A stretch of DNA of 35,883 bases, taken from NCBI RefSeq assembly GCF_001194135.2, contig NC_068987.1, positions 56,162,867 through 56,198,749 of the forward strand, written 5' to 3'. Positions 35,334 to 35,883 of the stretch are shown here, in pieces. Numbering within the stretch: position 1 is the stretch's first letter; each line of letters begins with the position of its first letter. Made by a program: the position numbers and the translations under genes. A model generated the notes under the pieces. It made no database searches. It was not told the origin of the DNA and was given only the letters and a program-made list of their open reading frames with translations. This DNA is from Octopus bimaculoides. Its lineage: Eukaryota.

Positions 35334-35697
35334 GCAGTCAACAACATCGTTGCAAAACAAATTTGCTAACTCCTTGGCTACACCTCAACAAGATATATCT
35401 GAGTTCCTCTTGTTTTCCGCTCTCCTTGTCTTCGGAAAGTCAATCAAGAATCTTAGTCGTATCGTTGCTTTCATCATATCTGTACTCTGGCTATTAAAAG
35501 AGAGAGTTCTTTGTGAAATGATGACTTAATTCGTCTAATTACTTTTAGTGATTTATATAAGACTTCAGCAGTAATGGCTATATAGCTAAGAAGTTCACTT
35601 CAAAATCTAATTATTTGACGACTCTCATAGCTTCGACACGTCCAAAGTCTTCTGTCTGACACTTGATAAACAGAAACTGTGAAAAGGGTGTCAGATG

Positions 35698-35862
35698 CAT
35701 GCATACATACATAAAACAAAATATACAAATCTGCACGTATACATACATACAAAAATACACTGTTGATGTTGTAGAAATTCCAATGAAGGAACCTTGGTTC
35801 TAGGTTAGAAACCGGGTCTTTCTTTATTAGCAAGAAATCCTGAAATAAAACTGAACAATGAC
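35698..35862 (+). mobile_element. 3' UTR fragment of the R4/Dong-like LINE
   Basis: catacatacataaaacaaaatatacaaatctgcacgtatacatacat...ctgttgatgttg...aaggaaccttggttctaggttagaaacc...aatgac matches the reverse complement of 23386-23545; followed by (TA)n. Confidence 0.8.
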
Positions 35863-35883
35863 TATATATATATATATATATAT

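Noticed and set aside
1-35883. CRISPR arrays, prokaryotic operons or defence systems
   Set aside because: The context is eukaryotic and intron-rich, with no regularly spaced repeat-spacer structure and no cas-like ORFs.

Overview
AT-rich, microsatellite-dense eukaryotic scaffold with ten N gaps. Its tRNA-derived SINEs, RLE/RTE LINE remnants and repeat landscape look like an octopus (coleoid cephalopod) genome; this is an inference, not a database result. Almost all ORFs in the supplied track are artefacts of microsatellites, N runs or transposon fragments. Read with splice signals, the + strand carries four phase-compatible coding exons (9840-9950, 14591-14762, 25108-25211, 29757-29885). They join without stops into a signal peptide plus a six-cysteine extracellular domain of an uncharacterised, probably secreted protein. 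The ATG exon and downstream exons were not found. The introns and flanks contain a Tc1 element with long IR/DR inverted repeats, three different internally deleted mariners, several MITEs and foldbacks, many SINE copies, R4/Dong-like LINE fragments and an RTE-like 3' end with three tandem C2H2 fingers inserted into a mariner. One foldback is a 206-bp palindrome flanked by TTAA. I see no CRISPR, rRNA or genuine tRNA gene, and no clear evidence of a wholly new biological system. The best leads are the hidden gene and the unusual mobile elements.
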